A DNA stretch of 64,000 nucleotides from Negativicutes bacterium (GCA_963665275.2 CAXXIN010000013.1:224001-288000); one strand, 5' to 3'. Counted from the stretch's first letter, positions 37,783-50,115 are shown. Numbers and translations are program-made. The notes: generated by a model from the sequence alone, not told the origin.

Positions 37783-38496
37783 TTAAAACAGGATTTCCTG
37801 CCCCTCATGTGTGATCTCCACTGTCGGCGCAGAAAGTTTCTTTGCCCGCAGCGCAAAAGCCTTGGTCGCTGCGAAATCAACGCCAAAATGCATGGGAATC
37901 AATAGTTTCGGCTTCATCATCGCCGCAAAATACTCAGCCCCCAAGCAATAATGTTCTTCCAACCGGCGGTCTACCGGGAAAAAGGCAATATCAATCTTGC
38001 GTCCGGCGATTTTATCCATCTCCGCTTTAAAAATCTTTTCCGCATAATCTTGTTCGTCCTGCGTTTCACCGCTCCACCGCCACCAGTTCAAATCGCCGGC
38101 ATGAAAAATCGCCAGTCCGTCCACCTGAACCAAGAAAGAAATGCCCGCATCCGTTGAGCCGAACGTTTCCACTTCGATACTCTGATCAGCCCACTGTTCG
38201 TAGGCGGACAGAACCTGACACCGAATGGCGCTGCGATCAACAAGGATGTCACTGCTGAAAACATACGTAATCGCCGGATTCGCCTTGGCCCATCGCAAAA
38301 TAGCCGGGTCATAATGGTCGCCGTGGCTGTGCGAAACAAATACATAAATATTTCGTTTGGTCTGCAGTAACTCAGGGGTAATGATCGGCTCTTTCACGAG
38401 TGAAGGGCAATAATCAAAAAGAAAAAAACAATTCGCCGTTTCCACCGCAAAACCGCTGTGCGCCAAAAAAGTAATTTTCGCCTGTGGTTTTTCCAA
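37783..38496 (-). CDS. MBL-fold metallo-hydrolase
   Basis: HSGF, SHSHGDHY, STDAG, FHAGDLN and IPMHF. Confidence 0.88.
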   Translation of the reverse strand: MEKPQAKITFLAHSGFAVETANCFFLFDYCPSLVKEPIITPELLQTKRNIYVFVSHSHGDHYDPAILRWAKANPAITYVFSSDILVDRSAIRCQVLSAYEQWADQSIEVETFGSTDAGISFLVQVDGLAIFHAGDLNWWRWSGETQDEQDYAEKIFKAEMDKIAGRKIDIAFFPVDRRLEEHYCLGAEYFAAMMKPKLLIPMHFGVDFAATKAFALRAKKLSAPTVEITHEGQEILF

Positions 38497-38514
38497 ACCG
38501 ATCCCCTCATTTCA

Positions 38515-39972
38515 TTAATAATTTTTGTTGCGAAATCCGACTTGACGGACCGTATAAATCTTCCCCTTGATCTTGGCGCGCGAAAGAGTCTCCAAGACCA
38601 TATCTCCCTTATCGCCCAGGATCTCCACATACGAGCAGGTCTCCTGAATGTCGATAATCCCGATATCCGCCGCGACCACCCCGGCGATAGCCGTAACGGC
38701 GCCCACGATGTCGCCCGGCCGCATTTTCGCCTTGCGTCCGGCATTGATCCGTATCCGGGTAATCTCCCGGTTGATGATTTCGCTCCGATCGACGGGAAAA
38801 GCCGGCATGGCGGTATCTGCGGTGAAGATCAATTTCCCTTTCTCAACAGCCGCTGCATTCGGGGCTTCCCGTCTAAGGATCCGATAACCCAGATATTCTT
38901 CCAGCTCCGCCAGACGCCTCTGCTCCTGCGGCGGCACGAAGGTAATGGCTTCTCCCTCATTGCCGGCGCGTCCGGTCCGGCCGATGCGGTGCACGTAATT
39001 CTCAGGTTCCAGCGGCAGGTCATAGTTGATCACCAGCGAAATATCGTCCACGTGAATGCCCCGGGCCGCCACATCTGTCGCGACCAGGAATTGGAGCCCG
39101 CCGAGTTTGAAGCTCTGCATCGTGTTCAGCCGTTCCCGCTGCTCCATGCCGCCATGCAAACTCCCCCACAGTTTCCCGTCCCGCTTGAATTCCGCAAACA
39201 AAGACACGACCCGTTCCCGCGTATTGCAAAATATGAGACAGCGGTCCGGTCTCATCGTATAGATCAGCTTTCGCAGCAAGCCGGCTTTTTCGGGTTCCGG
39301 GATCAGATAGTAGCCCTGTCGAATCATTTCCGTCGTCGGCTTCACCGACTCCACTGCAATCCGCACCGGATTTTGCATGTACTGGTTGCAAATCTCCTGC
39401 ACCGACTCAGGCAGCGTGGCGGAAAAGACCAGGGTGACCCGATCTCTCGGCAACAGTCTGATAATCGCCCCAACCTGTTCGATGAATCCCATGTCCAACA
39501 TTTTATCCGCTTCGTCGAGAATGAGATAGCGGATCTCACTTAACTCGATATTGCCTCGTTCAATATGATCGAAGGTTCGCCCCGGCGTCCCGGCAATCAC
39601 ATGCACCCGTTGCCGCAGCTCTCTCTTCTGCGTTTCCATTGGTTGTTTGCCAAAAATCGCCGCACAGCGGATTCTTTTGAACCGGCCGATATTGGAGATA
39701 TCCTGCTTGACCTGCACTGCCAATTCCCGGGTCGGTGTGAGCACGAGCGCCTGCGGACGACGCTGGTCCAGTTGGATCCTTTCGCAGACCGGAATGGCGA
39801 AGGCCGCCGTCTTGCCGCTGCCGGTCTGGGAGCTGACGATGACATCCTGCCCGGCCAAAACCGCCGGGATCGCCAGTTCCTGCACCTCTGTCAGCGTTTC
39901 ATACCCCAGATTCTCCAGAGATTTCACCATTTCCTCGCTGAAACCGCAGGAGTCCAGACCTCTTCCATCCAT
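38515..39972 (-). CDS. dbpA: DEAD-box RNA helicase, DbpA type
   Basis: QTGSGKT, PTRELA, DEAD, SAT, HRIGRTGR and a C-terminal G.K.KMRPGDIVGA RNA-binding domain. Confidence 0.92.
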   Translation of the reverse strand: MDGRGLDSCGFSEEMVKSLENLGYETLTEVQELAIPAVLAGQDVIVSSQTGSGKTAAFAIPVCERIQLDQRRPQALVLTPTRELAVQVKQDISNIGRFKRIRCAAIFGKQPMETQKRELRQRVHVIAGTPGRTFDHIERGNIELSEIRYLILDEADKMLDMGFIEQVGAIIRLLPRDRVTLVFSATLPESVQEICNQYMQNPVRIAVESVKPTTEMIRQGYYLIPEPEKAGLLRKLIYTMRPDRCLIFCNTRERVVSLFAEFKRDGKLWGSLHGGMEQRERLNTMQSFKLGGLQFLVATDVAARGIHVDDISLVINYDLPLEPENYVHRIGRTGRAGNEGEAITFVPPQEQRRLAELEEYLGYRILRREAPNAAAVEKGKLIFTADTAMPAFPVDRSEIINREITRIRINAGRKAKMRPGDIVGAVTAIAGVVAADIGIIDIQETCSYVEILGDKGDMVLETLSRAKIKGKIYTVRQVGFRNKNY

Positions 39973-40111
39973 GCCTTTGCCCTCTTTTCTCCGACCTTCC
40001 GCTGCCGCGTTTGCCCATTGTTTCTATCTATTATATTCACCAATCGATTATGGAAACCCTTGAATTTGGGCACATAGCATGAATCAAAAAAACCAGTCTA
40101 TACCATAGCAC

Positions 40112-41469
40112 CTACTCATTCGCAGTCATCTGCGCAAGTTCCTCGTAAAGCTTCGGAATTCCCTTCTTAATCTCATCTACCGTTGTTCTTGCCACGCTAA
40201 TTCTTATGCCCTTTTTATAGTACCGGCTATGAATATAACATTCGCTGCCCGGTGTCGTAAGAATCCCTTTCCTGCGCAAATTCTCCACGAACTTATTTTC
40301 GTCGACACAGTCAGGCAGTAGCAAATAGCAATAAAATCCGCTTTCACCACCGATCCACTCAGCTCCATATTCTTCTGCTATGACAAAGTATGTTTTTAAA
40401 CACTCAAGTCTTGCCTTTAGCTCACGTTTTATCGATGCGGTATGCTTTTTCAACATCTTACTGCGTATATAAATTTCCAACGTTGCCTGGGATAGCAATG
40501 ATGGTGAAAAATAGGCGTTGGGGTAGGAGCCTCCCACATGTTCGGCAAAAACCGGCAATAGGTGTGAGGGGAGAACCGTTATGCCGATTCTGATCCATGG
40601 TATTATTTTGATAAAACTTTTTAAATAGATATGATGCCTGTGATCGCCGTAAGAATATATAGGATCGCTGTGGTCGCCAAATTGGATGTCGCCGAAGTAA
40701 TCATCTTCAACAATATAGACATCATGTTTTTCCGCCAGTTGTGCAATTGTTTTGCGCTGCGCCTTGGAATAGCAAGTTCCCAACGGATTGTGGCTGTTGG
40801 GAATCGTATAAAAAAATTTAGTTTTTCCTTTTTTAAAAATGCTTTCCAGCAAGTCAACGTCGATTCCATCAGCCGTGCGGGGGATACCCAACGTTCTGGC
40901 AAAATTACTCTTCAAGAACTTATTGTAATACCTATATGTCGGTTGTTCGACTAAAATAACCTCTTTTTTTATTCGGGAAGGGCATACTATTCAAAACACT
41001 GAGTGCATGCTGAACACCAAGGTTAACAAGAATATTTTCGGGGCAATGCAAATATTTTAAAATCCGCCAAATACTTTGGCAGCAATTTCCGTAATGACGG
41101 CGCCCCGTAAAGTTCATGCCATTCAGAACTATTTACAGTACACATATCGATTGCCTGATTCAGGCAGTGTTTAATGTCAGGCATAAAAAAATTGTCCAAC
41201 AAGGGATTGCCACGAGAAAAATCGATTATCTCCGGGTCGGGCTGCATCGGGCGAAACCGATTCTCAAGAATATACCATCCACTCCGAGGAATAGAGTAAA
41301 CCACATGTTCGTTCTTCAATACATCGTATGCTTTCACAGCAGTGCTTGCACTTACATTATAAGCAATGCACAATGCACGAATGGAGGGTAATTTCTCCCC
41401 GCGTTTATATCTGCCTTCCCGTATATCCGCCTTCATGATATCGGCAATTTTCTGATAGGATTTTTTCAA
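40112..41469 (-). CDS. MocR/GntR PLP-dependent regulator (two +1 frameshifts)
   Basis: GEKLPSIR wHTH; VEQPTY in a shifted frame; HNPLG, EDDY and SF.K..P..R.G; breaks at the C4 (41040-41043) and A7 (40964-40970) runs. Confidence 0.85.
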
Positions 41470-41482
41470 CGCGCTCCCACCC

Positions 41483-41500
41483 ATCTGTATCGATACAGAT
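41483..41500. promoter_or_regulatory. palindromic operator between the MocR regulator and the MFS gene
   Basis: Perfect 18-bp palindrome ATCTGTATCGATACAGAT. Confidence 0.6.
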
Positions 41501-41572
41501 AGACTATAACATAATTATAATCGATTCTTCCATGCTATTATAAACTCAGTTTAGTTGTGGGAGAATTGAAAG

Positions 41573-42770
41573 ATGCGATCTCGGCGGTTCTTGCTTAATA
41601 TTTCCACATTCGCCATTACTGACGGCTTATTCGACAGCGTACCCATACTACTTTCTTTTATAATCGTATCGTTCGGCGCTGGGGAAAGGGAAGCCGGCAT
41701 TATTATCTCCCTTGCAATGATGGGCAGTACCCTTTGCGGACTATTTACCCGTTATCTTTTGCGGCGCCTTCGATTGAACCATATTGTAAGCTTAATCACT
41801 GCATTATATGGTATCGGTTTTTGCGCTAATGCCTTTGCGAAAAATATTTTTTTCGCAGGATTCGGCTTTATCCTTTCTCTCTCAGGATATGGCCTCTTTC
41901 ACAACGCAGCATTTACATATTTGGCTTCAAATTCGGCCAGACAATCTATCGGCAAAACAATAGGTGAATTTACGGCCATAGGTGACCTAGGCAGAATTCC
42001 ATTTGCTTCGCTTGCCGGCTTCATCGCTGCGTTCTCAATTTGGGGATTTCCCGGTTGGCGAATTGCGTGTTTGTCCTATGGCATAGGTGCTCTTCTCATG
42101 GCCGGATGGCTATTTTTTTCACCTCGCCATCCGCCGGTAGATGCCGCGCCTACGCCTCTCATAACGCCGGAATCGAAAGGATCCGTTTTGCCTTTTTCAC
42201 TTTTGCGTCACCGGCAATTTGCATTGCCAATAGCTGCAAACATACTTGACGCCCTCGGAAGTGACCAAGTTTTCATTTTCCTGCCCTACCTGCTTTTTGC
42301 CAAAGGTATTGATGCCAATTTTTTGGGCCCTTTTGCACTCGTTTTCACAGCTGGGTGTTTGGGTGGAAAAATAGTGTGCGGAAGAATCGTTGATTGCTAT
42401 GGCCCACGCAGGACTTTTGTCGCAGCGGAAGCTTGTTTGGCGATATTGCTTCTAACCATTATGTTGGCGCAGAAACCCTTTATCATCCTTGGAGTTTCCT
42501 TTTTACTTGGCATTGTGACCAAAGGCACAGTTCCAGTAATTCAGGCTATGATCACGGAACCCTGCCAAAAACAGGGGCAACATAACCGACGTGATTACTA
42601 TCAGCTCCTTTGCTCGCGGAACGGTCAATATACTGGCGCCGCTGCTATTCGGTTTTATTGCTTCACGAACTCATATCAACTGGATTTACTGTATCATGGC
42701 GGCAATGACCGGATGCGCCATATTGCCGGCATTGAAAATGGACAGCAATAATACGAGCGATTCCGTCTAA
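41573..42770 (+). CDS. MFS transporter (one frameshift near the 3' end)
   Basis: Multiple TM helices, G.I.D.YG.R motif; removing one G at 42574-42577 restores the last two TM helices to a stop at 42770. Confidence 0.8.
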
Positions 42771-43130
42771 ACTCATGCCAACTCAACCACCATTTCAATC
42801 ACCAAATGCCAACATTCCTTTTGCTAATAATCAAGTTTAAGCCATTACCCGTTTTCCTTCCTGTTTTTTGCTTGCGAATCTGTGTTTCCTCCGCCTCCAC
42901 ACTTCTTCATAGTCGCGCTTCTTGGTTGGGAGGCCCAGTCCCGTCACGTCCCTCCGCTTTTGGAAATTTCCACCCTCCTGAGGTTAGGGTCTGTTTCTAG
43001 CAAAAAACGGCACTTTACGTTTCGCGTAAAATGCCGTTTTCGTCTGCAGTCTGAAAGGCAGCACACGATCGTGCTGCCTGTTCCAGTTCGGAAAACCAGT
43101 TTGCCTGATTGGTGAGATATAGCCTTAAAT

Positions 43131-43717
43131 TCAATAGTTCTCGACAAACACTTCGAAATAGCCCTGGGGATGCGCGCAAGCTGGGCAGATATTGGCGCGC
43201 GCTGTCGCCGCAATGGATATAGCCGCAATTGTCGCACTTTCCATTCCTTCACCGCCGGTTTCTTGAATACTTCGCCAGCGACTAGGTTCGCATGCAATTT
43301 TCGATAGCGAGCTTCGTGATGCTTTTCGATTTCAACCAACTTTCGGAACAGAAAGGCAACCGCAGGGAATCCTTCTGTCTCGGCAGTTTCAGCAAAAGCG
43401 GGATACAATTCGCCCCACTCTTCTTTTTCCCCTTCCGCCGCAGCCAACAGATTGCTTTTGGTGTCGCTGAGCGCCACCGGGAATGTGGCGGTGATTTCGA
43501 CCATTTCCCCATTCATAGCTGCCGCGAGATGCTTAAACAACAACTTGGCGTGTTCTTTCTCATTTTCCGCCGTCTCCGTAAAGAGATTGGCGATTTGCAC
43601 GAAGTTCTCTTTTTTTGCCACGGAGGCGTAAAATGTGTAGCGGTTTCGGGCCTGCGATTCTCCGGCAAATGCCTTCATCAGGTTTTCCGCTGTTTTAGTC
43701 CCTTTCAATTGGTTCAT
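43131..43717 (-). CDS. rbr: rubrerythrin (indels in the rubredoxin tail)
   Basis: [27 protein letters not shown] and EKHHE; WKC.NCGYIH and [10 protein letters not shown] in shifted frames. Confidence 0.92.
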
Positions 43718-44160
43718 GTTGTACCCTCCTGTTTTCTTTCATTTTTATCTTTCAAACACCTGGGACAGGCGCCTGTAAAATAAACATTTTTCTCTTTGAC
43801 TTCAAAAGCATCGAGTTCCTCCACCACGAAATCATCAATGCGAATTGCAAAATTGAAAATGGTTTCACAGACTTCGCATTTAAAGTGTCCATGATTCTCC
43901 ATGATGATATCGTAACGGGTCTCATTGTCCTCAATGGTCAGAATTCTTGCCAATTTCGCCTTGATAAACAAGTTTAAGGTATTGTAGATCGTAGATTTGG
44001 ACAGCGTGGGATTATCCTTGGTCAGGTCCGTGAATATCTGATCAACAGTAGGGTGGCATTGATGAGTGATAAGATATTCCAACACTTTAATCCTTGGATG
44101 GGAAGGACGTATAGCTCGGTTTGAAAGGTCATCCGCCAGGACTTTTAATGACGGTTTCAT
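43714..44160 (-). CDS. perR: PerR/Fur family repressor
   Basis: HPT...I, LS..TIYNTL, HGHFKC.VC and G.C..C; coupled to rubrerythrin. Confidence 0.88.
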   Translation of the reverse strand: MKPSLKVLADDLSNRAIRPSHPRIKVLEYLITHQCHPTVDQIFTDLTKDNPTLSKSTIYNTLNLFIKAKLARILTIEDNETRYDIIMENHGHFKCEVCETIFNFAIRIDDFVVEELDAFEVKEKNVYFTGACPRCLKDKNERKQEGTT

Positions 44161-44216
44161 CGATACCTCTCCCATCATGCATAGTCGGACAATGCCAATT
44201 TATTACTATTCTATAT

Positions 44217-44231
44217 TTGTAATGATTACAT
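44217..44231. promoter_or_regulatory. PerR-box-like operator
   Basis: TTGTAAT-G-ATTACAT 7-1-7 repeat upstream of perR-rbr. Confidence 0.6.
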
Positions 44232-44428
44232 ATATAGATTAGTCTGATAAAAATATTTTGTCAATGCCATATTCCAGACTGTATGCAACCATACCCTGTT
44301 GAATAACGGGCGCCTGCTATTTGGAGATCGAAGCGCAGATTATTTTCGAGGCTTCTATATCTCATCTATTTTATTTACTTGGAATTGGCGAGACGCGCTC
44401 TAATTAATCCAGCTCGTAGCAAAAAAAC

Positions 44429-44457
44429 GAATAGCTCCCTGCGCGGGAGCTATTCGG
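44429..44457 (-). terminator. intrinsic terminator
   Basis: CGAATAGCTCCC..GGGAGCTATTCG followed by a T tract on the minus strand. Confidence 0.75.
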
Positions 44458-44492
44458 GATGGCTTTTCAAGCCCATTGAAGAATCTTGAGGA

Positions 44493-45884
44493 TCAGAGGA
44501 TCGGCAGGAATGTCGCCAACAATACCATGAGCAACGCAACTGTAGTCTTCAACATGGTAAGGGCAAAAATGTCCTTATACGATTGGCGGTGCGTCAGCCC
44601 GCAGATTGCCAACAGCGTGATGACCGCGCCGTTGTGCGGCAAGGTATCCATCCCGCCGGCCGCCAGTGAAGCAATCCGATGCAGCAGTTCCGGACTGACG
44701 CCAGCTTTGACGCCCCATTCCAGATAGGTTTTTCCCATCAGTTCCAATGCAATTCCGAGACCGCCTGACGCGGAACCGGTGATCCCTGCGATGACATTGA
44801 TCATCACGGCTTCCGAGAGCAGGGGACCGTTGCCGATATGAATTCCCATCAAGAAAGTCGACACCTGCTTGAAGCCTTCCTGGGTGGCAATAACGCCGCC
44901 ATAACCGACTTCCGAACCGGTGTTCATGACGGCCAGCAAAGAGCCCATGATTGCAATCTGCGTAGATTTCCCCAAAGCGGTTCCATCCCTAAACTTGTGG
45001 AAATTAACGATTAGACAGGTCACAATCGCTGTTGATAAAGCGATAATCAAGGCCCATATGCCTGTCACCTGTTTCAGGGTTACGCCTGTAGTGAAGCCCT
45101 TCAAAACCGACGGATCCCAGGTTGCAATCCACTTCGTCAGGAAGAAGTTCCCGACCAGCACGATCAATAAGGGCAGCACGGCGATAAATCCGCTGGGCAG
45201 CTTGGTGTCGTCAAGTTTGCTCAAATCCGGCTCATTGGTATGGCCCTCGCCATAGCCTTCACCGGAGGCAACCAGTTTCTTGCGACGCCACTCCATGTAG
45301 CCGACTCCGCCCGTGTAGAGAAGAACGGCGGCAATCAGTCCGGTCACAGGCGCCGCATAGGCATCGGTGCCGAAATACATGGTAGGGATGATGTTCTGGA
45401 TCTGCGGCGTTCCAGGCAGCGCATCCATGGCCAGGCCAAAGCCGCCGAATGCGATACAGGCAGGAATCAAACGCTTCGGATAATCCGCTTCACGAAACAG
45501 GGCTGCGGCAAGCGGATACAGCGCAAAAGAGATTACGTGAGTGCTGATGCCGCCGTAACAAAGTACGATGCCGGAAGTGATAATGGCCATGATCGCCCGC
45601 TCTTTTCCCAATACCTTGATGATCATTAAGGCTATCTTGCGAGCTGAACCGGAGTCCTCCATTACTTTCCCCAGAACAGCGCCCAACAGGAACAGTGGGA
45701 AAAAGTTTTTGACGAACCCTACTGTTTTGGGCATGAATACCTCAGTGTACGTCGGTAAGACGGCCTGCCCGGATAACGCTGCCGCCAACAGGGCAAAAAC
45801 CGGCGCAAACAAAACCACGGAAAAACCCCTGTAAGCAAAGAACATGAGCAGGAACAAACTTACCATAATGGCCAAAACTTCCAT
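44493..45884 (-). CDS. GntP family permease (3-hydroxybutyrate permease-like)
   Basis: LLM.FAYRGFSV.LFAP, LPGTPQIQNIIP, GITGSASGG and DTLPHNGAVIT. Confidence 0.85.
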   Translation of the reverse strand: MEVLAIMVSLFLLMFFAYRGFSVVLFAPVFALLAAALSGQAVLPTYTEVFMPKTVGFVKNFFPLFLLGAVLGKVMEDSGSARKIALMIIKVLGKERAIMAIITSGIVLCYGGISTHVISFALYPLAAALFREADYPKRLIPACIAFGGFGLAMDALPGTPQIQNIIPTMYFGTDAYAAPVTGLIAAVLLYTGGVGYMEWRRKKLVASGEGYGEGHTNEPDLSKLDDTKLPSGFIAVLPLLIVLVGNFFLTKWIATWDPSVLKGFTTGVTLKQVTGIWALIIALSTAIVTCLIVNFHKFRDGTALGKSTQIAIMGSLLAVMNTGSEVGYGGVIATQEGFKQVSTFLMGIHIGNGPLLSEAVMINVIAGITGSASGGLGIALELMGKTYLEWGVKAGVSPELLHRIASLAAGGMDTLPHNGAVITLLAICGLTHRQSYKDIFALTMLKTTVALLMVLLATFLPIL

Positions 45885-45931
45885 GAAAATACGGGCCTCC
45901 TTTATTTTTCGGATCGTGAAGCGTGAGGACT

Positions 45932-46065
45932 TTTATCCATCGCACAGCCTGTAAGACCCCGCCCTCTTAGGCCTTCGGATAAACAGGCTGTAGTTCGAAG
46001 TAAATTCGACTAAGATTCAGGTGGCGTTAAAACACCATCTGAATCAAGTCTACATTTATTTACCG
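45932..46065. repeat. 134-bp palindromic MITE-like element, copy 2
   Basis: Identical to 6956-7089; sits at the crt stop codon. Confidence 0.9.
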
Positions 46066-46841
46066 ACAAACATTGCTTTGCGTTTTTCCACGAAGGCTGC
46101 CATCCCCTCGGATTGGTCAGCTGTAGCGAAGCACAGGCCGAACACTTCGGATTCGTAGGCCTGGCCCGATTCAAAGTCCATATCCAGGCCTTCGTTCACA
46201 GCCGCCTTGCATAGCTGAACTGCCACCGGACCGCGTGAAAGAATCACTTTTGCCCATTCTCTCGCCACATCCATCAATTGTTCGGCGGGAACCACCTTGT
46301 TGACCAAGCCGATGCGATAGGCTTCGGTCGCATCAATCTGGTTGCCTGTGAAAAGAAGCTCTTTAGCGCGGCCTTTGCCGATGAGTCGGGGCAATCGCTG
46401 TGTGCCGGCAAACCCGGGAACGACGCCGAGCAACACTTCCGGTTGCCCGAATTTGGCTTTTTCCGATGCGATACGCATATCACAGCACATCGCGAGTTCG
46501 CAGCCGCCACCCAGAGCATATCCATTCACGGCGGCAATAACAGGTTGAGGCAGATTTTCAATGGCATTGAAGACACCTTGGCTGAAACGGCCCCATTGCC
46601 GTCCTTCAAGGGCTGACATCGACTGCATTTGGCTGATATCGGCTCCGGCAACGAAGGATTTTTCGCCGCTGCCTGTGACGATCACTACGCCGACGGTTTT
46701 GTCGATGGCGATTCTTTCCACCAGATCCTTTAGTTCCTGCATGGTTTCCTGATTCAACGCATTGAGAACCTTGGGACGATTGATGGTGAGAACGCCGATG
46801 GAATCCTGAACTTCAAATGTGAGATTATCATACTGGCTCAT
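46056..46841 (-). CDS. crt: crotonase / short-chain enoyl-CoA hydratase
   Basis: INRPK.LNALN, FVAGADI, GYALGGGCELA and FGQPEV.LG..PGF.GTQRL. Confidence 0.93.
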   Translation of the reverse strand: MSQYDNLTFEVQDSIGVLTINRPKVLNALNQETMQELKDLVERIAIDKTVGVVIVTGSGEKSFVAGADISQMQSMSALEGRQWGRFSQGVFNAIENLPQPVIAAVNGYALGGGCELAMCCDMRIASEKAKFGQPEVLLGVVPGFAGTQRLPRLIGKGRAKELLFTGNQIDATEAYRIGLVNKVVPAEQLMDVAREWAKVILSRGPVAVQLCKAAVNEGLDMDFESGQAYESEVFGLCFATADQSEGMAAFVEKRKAMFVGK

Positions 46842-46861
46842 ATTCTTCCCTCCCCGGATGA

Positions 46862-47302
46862 TTACTTTTTCATGATCATGACGACAGCTTTGCCGTCGAC
46901 AACGACTTCGTCGCGCTGGTTTTTGATCACCGTCTTGAGGACCAGACGCTGCTTGGCATCGATTTTTTCAGTCACTTCCGCATACGCGGTGATGGTATCG
47001 CCGATTTTGACCGGCTTGACGAATTTGATGTCCTGTGACAGATAGAGCGCGTTGATGCCGGGTAGACAACAGCCGACTAGTGTGGAGATAAACGATGCAG
47101 TCAGCATGCCGTGGGCGATCCGTTCGCCGAACATGGTGGTTTTGGCATATTCGGGATTGATGTGCACCGGGTTGAAATCGCCGATGATTCCTGCGAAATT
47201 GACAATATCGGCCTCACTGATCATTTTTGTGATGGATGCGCTTTCCCCGATTTCGATCTCGGCATAGGGGCGTTCTACAACAAATGCGGTGTGAATAGGC
47301 AT
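46862..47302 (-). CDS. MaoC/PhaJ-type (R)-specific enoyl-CoA hydratase
   Basis: FA.I.GD.NPVH...YA..T.FG.RIAHGML and F.KPV.IGDTI. Confidence 0.9.
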   Translation of the reverse strand: MPIHTAFVVERPYAEIEIGESASITKMISEADIVNFAGIIGDFNPVHINPEYAKTTMFGERIAHGMLTASFISTLVGCCLPGINALYLSQDIKFVKPVKIGDTITAYAEVTEKIDAKQRLVLKTVIKNQRDEVVVDGKAVVMIMKK

Positions 47303-47319
47303 AATTTTTTCCTCCCTTA

Positions 47320-48456
47320 CTATTTCAAAATATGTCCGGCAATGACCACACGCTGAATCTGATTAGTTCCTTCGTAGATCTGGGTTATCTTGGCATCGCG
47401 CATCATGCGCTCCACTGGATATTCACGGGAATAGCCGTACCCGCCCATGACCTGAATCGCGTCAAGCGTCACCTTCACTGCCATATCGGACGCGAAAGTC
47501 TTGGCCATGGCCGCTTCTTTGCCATATGGCAATTTGGCATCCTTCAGCGCCGCCGCGTGATAGACCAGATGACGGGCTGCTTCGATCTGAATGGCCATAT
47601 CCGCGAGCATGAAAGCAACAGCTTGCTGCGCAGCGATCGGTTTACCAAACTGCTCCCTGACCTTGGAATATTGCAGAGCCTCTTCATATGCTCCCTGGGC
47701 GATTCCGACAGCCTGGGCGCCGATACCAATACGGGCCCCGTCCAGCACGATCATGGCGATTTTGAAGCCTTCGCCCTCTTTACCCAGCATGTTTTCGCGC
47801 GGAATGCGGCAGTTTTCGAAGATCAGTTCGGTGGTTGAGGAAGCGCGGATTCCCATCTTTTCTTCTTTCTTGCCGATGGTGAAACCGGGTGTGCCTTTTT
47901 CCACGATGAAACCGGTGATCCCTTTGATGCCCTTGCTTTTGTCGAGGCTCGCGAATACACAATAGATTTCGGCGGCGCCGCCATTAGTGATGAAGCATTT
48001 GCTTCCGTTCAGCACGAAGCTGTCGCCGTCCAGTTCCGCCGTTGTCGCAACCTTGGAGGCATCAGAGCCGGCGCCAGGCTCGGTCAGGGCAAATGCGCCT
48101 ATTTTCTCTCCGCTAGCCAGCGCCGGGATATATTTTTGTTTCTGCTCTTCCGTGCCAAACAGATAGATCGGCACGATTCCGGCTGAAGTATGCACCGCCA
48201 TGATAGCGCCGGTTGATGCGCAAGCCTTGGAGATCTCTTCGATGGCGGCTGCGTAGCTGACGCTGTCAACACCTGCTCCACCGTACTGTTCGGGAATCGG
48301 TAGGCCCATCAGTCCCAGTTCGGCCATCTTCGCAACATTGTCGTAGGGGAATTCTTCGGTGTGGTCGTAATGCGCAGCATGCGGAGCGATCTCTTTTTTT
48401 GCAAATCCAGCGACCAGTTTTCGCAGATCTTCCTGTTCAGCACTAAGCAAAGCCAT
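47320..48456 (-). CDS. bcd: butyryl-CoA / short-chain acyl-CoA dehydrogenase
   Basis: [38 protein letters not shown] and [23 protein letters not shown]. Confidence 0.92.
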   Translation of the reverse strand: MALLSAEQEDLRKLVAGFAKKEIAPHAAHYDHTEEFPYDNVAKMAELGLMGLPIPEQYGGAGVDSVSYAAAIEEISKACASTGAIMAVHTSAGIVPIYLFGTEEQKQKYIPALASGEKIGAFALTEPGAGSDASKVATTAELDGDSFVLNGSKCFITNGGAAEIYCVFASLDKSKGIKGITGFIVEKGTPGFTIGKKEEKMGIRASSTTELIFENCRIPRENMLGKEGEGFKIAMIVLDGARIGIGAQAVGIAQGAYEEALQYSKVREQFGKPIAAQQAVAFMLADMAIQIEAARHLVYHAAALKDAKLPYGKEAAMAKTFASDMAVKVTLDAIQVMGGYGYSREYPVERMMRDAKITQIYEGTNQIQRVVIAGHILK

Positions 48457-48475
48457 AATATTATCCGTCCCTTCC

Positions 48476-50047
48476 TTATTTCGCTTTGGCTGCGAACTCA
48501 GCCTTGATGCCCATGAGCGACTCGCCAAAAATCCGTGGGTCCATGACTTTCATATCAGCCGCAACTTTGACCGGAAAATCGATCTGGTCCAGCACTTCTG
48601 TTTGCAAATCAATGCCTGGCGCGATTTCGGTCAACACCATACCTTCGGGACGCAGTTCGAACATGGCCCGCTCCGTTAGATAAATGACGGCTTGTCCGAC
48701 TTCCTGCGCATAGGCGCCGCTGAAAGTAATCTGGTCGACTTTTTTGACGAACTTTTTGCTTTTGCCTTCTTTGACAATTCGTAGTTTCCCGTTCTCCACA
48801 GCCACTTCCAGGCCGCCTGCAGTCAGTGTGCCGCAAAATACGACTTTCTTCGCGTTCTGCGTAATATTTACGAAGCCGCCGCAACCAGCGATGCGGTTGC
48901 CGAATTTGCTGACGTTGATATTGCCTGCTTCGTCGGCCTGCGCCAGACCCAGATAGGCTACATCCAATGCGCCGCCATCATAAAGATCGAACATGTTGGG
49001 ATGCTCCAGAATTACTTCCGGATTATATGCACAGCCAAAATTGAGACCGCCGGCAGCCACGCCGCCCATTGGACCGGATTCCAGCGTTAGCGTGATATCT
49101 TCCAGCATTCCTTCTTCATTCGCAACCACGGCCACGCCGTCCGGCACACCGATCCCCAGATTGACGATGGCATCAGGCGTCAGTTCCATTGCGCCGCGGC
49201 GGGCAATCACCTTGCGTTCGCTCAATTCCATAACAGGCAGATTATCTAAAGGTCGACGGGTTTCGCCGCACAAGGATGGATCAAACTGAACTTCGTTGGT
49301 CTGCCAGTGATATTCAGGTTGGGCGACGACGATGGCATCCACCAGGGCGCCGGGCACCTTGACTTGCTGCGGCGGCAGCGTTCCTTTGGCGACCATGCGC
49401 TCTACCTGAACGATTACGATACCGCCATGGCGCTTCGTAGCCTGCGCAAGATGAAACGCTTCCAGCAGTACACATTCCTTTTCCATCGTCAGATTGCCTT
49501 TTTCGTCCGCGCTCGTTCCTCGAATGAACGCCACGTCGATTTTTTGCGGCAAATAGTGCAGATATTCTTTGCCTTCGATATTGATTACTTTGACGATGTC
49601 TTCCGTCGTTTTGGCGTTCAGTTTGCCGCCTTCAACGCGAGGATCGGCAAAAGTCTTCAGCCCGACATGGGTGATGACGCCAGGCTTGGCGCCGGCCATG
49701 TTGCGGATCATATGCAGAATGACGCCCTGCGGCAAATTGTAGGCTTCCACCGCATTATCGGATATTAGTTTCCCCAGTTTGGGCGCCAGGTTGTAATGAC
49801 CGCCGATAATGCGCTTCAACAATCCGGCGTGACCATAACGGTTCACGCAACGATCCTTGCCATCACCCTGTCCAGCGGCATAAAGCAAGGTGAGATTGTT
49901 CGGCGCGCCTTCTTCCAGAAAACGCTTTTCCAGCATGACGCTGAGTTCTTCCGGATGGGAGAAGCCCACGAATCCTTGGACAGCCAGCGTATCGCCGGAC
50001 TTGACCAATTTGACGGCCTCTGCTGATGAGATTACTTTGTTCTTCAT
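48476..50047 (-). CDS. family I CoA transferase (Pct/YdiF type), paralog 2
   Basis: [36 protein letters not shown] and [10 protein letters not shown]. Confidence 0.93.
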   Translation of the reverse strand: MKNKVISSAEAVKLVKSGDTLAVQGFVGFSHPEELSVMLEKRFLEEGAPNNLTLLYAAGQGDGKDRCVNRYGHAGLLKRIIGGHYNLAPKLGKLISDNAVEAYNLPQGVILHMIRNMAGAKPGVITHVGLKTFADPRVEGGKLNAKTTEDIVKVINIEGKEYLHYLPQKIDVAFIRGTSADEKGNLTMEKECVLLEAFHLAQATKRHGGIVIVQVERMVAKGTLPPQQVKVPGALVDAIVVAQPEYHWQTNEVQFDPSLCGETRRPLDNLPVMELSERKVIARRGAMELTPDAIVNLGIGVPDGVAVVANEEGMLEDITLTLESGPMGGVAAGGLNFGCAYNPEVILEHPNMFDLYDGGALDVAYLGLAQADEAGNINVSKFGNRIAGCGGFVNITQNAKKVVFCGTLTAGGLEVAVENGKLRIVKEGKSKKFVKKVDQITFSGAYAQEVGQAVIYLTERAMFELRPEGMVLTEIAPGIDLQTEVLDQIDFPVKVAADMKVMDPRIFGESLMGIKAEFAAKAK

Positions 50048-50099
50048 TGATACCCTCCATTCGCACCACGTGCTTGTTCTTATTTTCACAATCTAATAA

Positions 50100-50115
50100 T
50101 GCAAGAACAATGCCA
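50100..50115 (-). promoter_or_regulatory. sigma54 promoter of the CoA transferase-bcd-maoC-crt-permease operon
   Basis: TGGCATTGTTCTTGCA; TGCAA-rich candidate activator sites at ~50217-50243. Confidence 0.75.

Noticed and set aside
42944-43130. C-terminal extension of rubrerythrin in the ORF track
   Set aside because: Frameshift artefact; the true tail [18 protein letters not shown] stops at 43131
40112-43717. Programmed frameshifting or phase variation in MocR, MFS and rubrerythrin
   Set aside because: The runs are short (4-7 nt), there are several per gene in unrelated genes, and no stimulatory structures are seen; sequencing error is simpler
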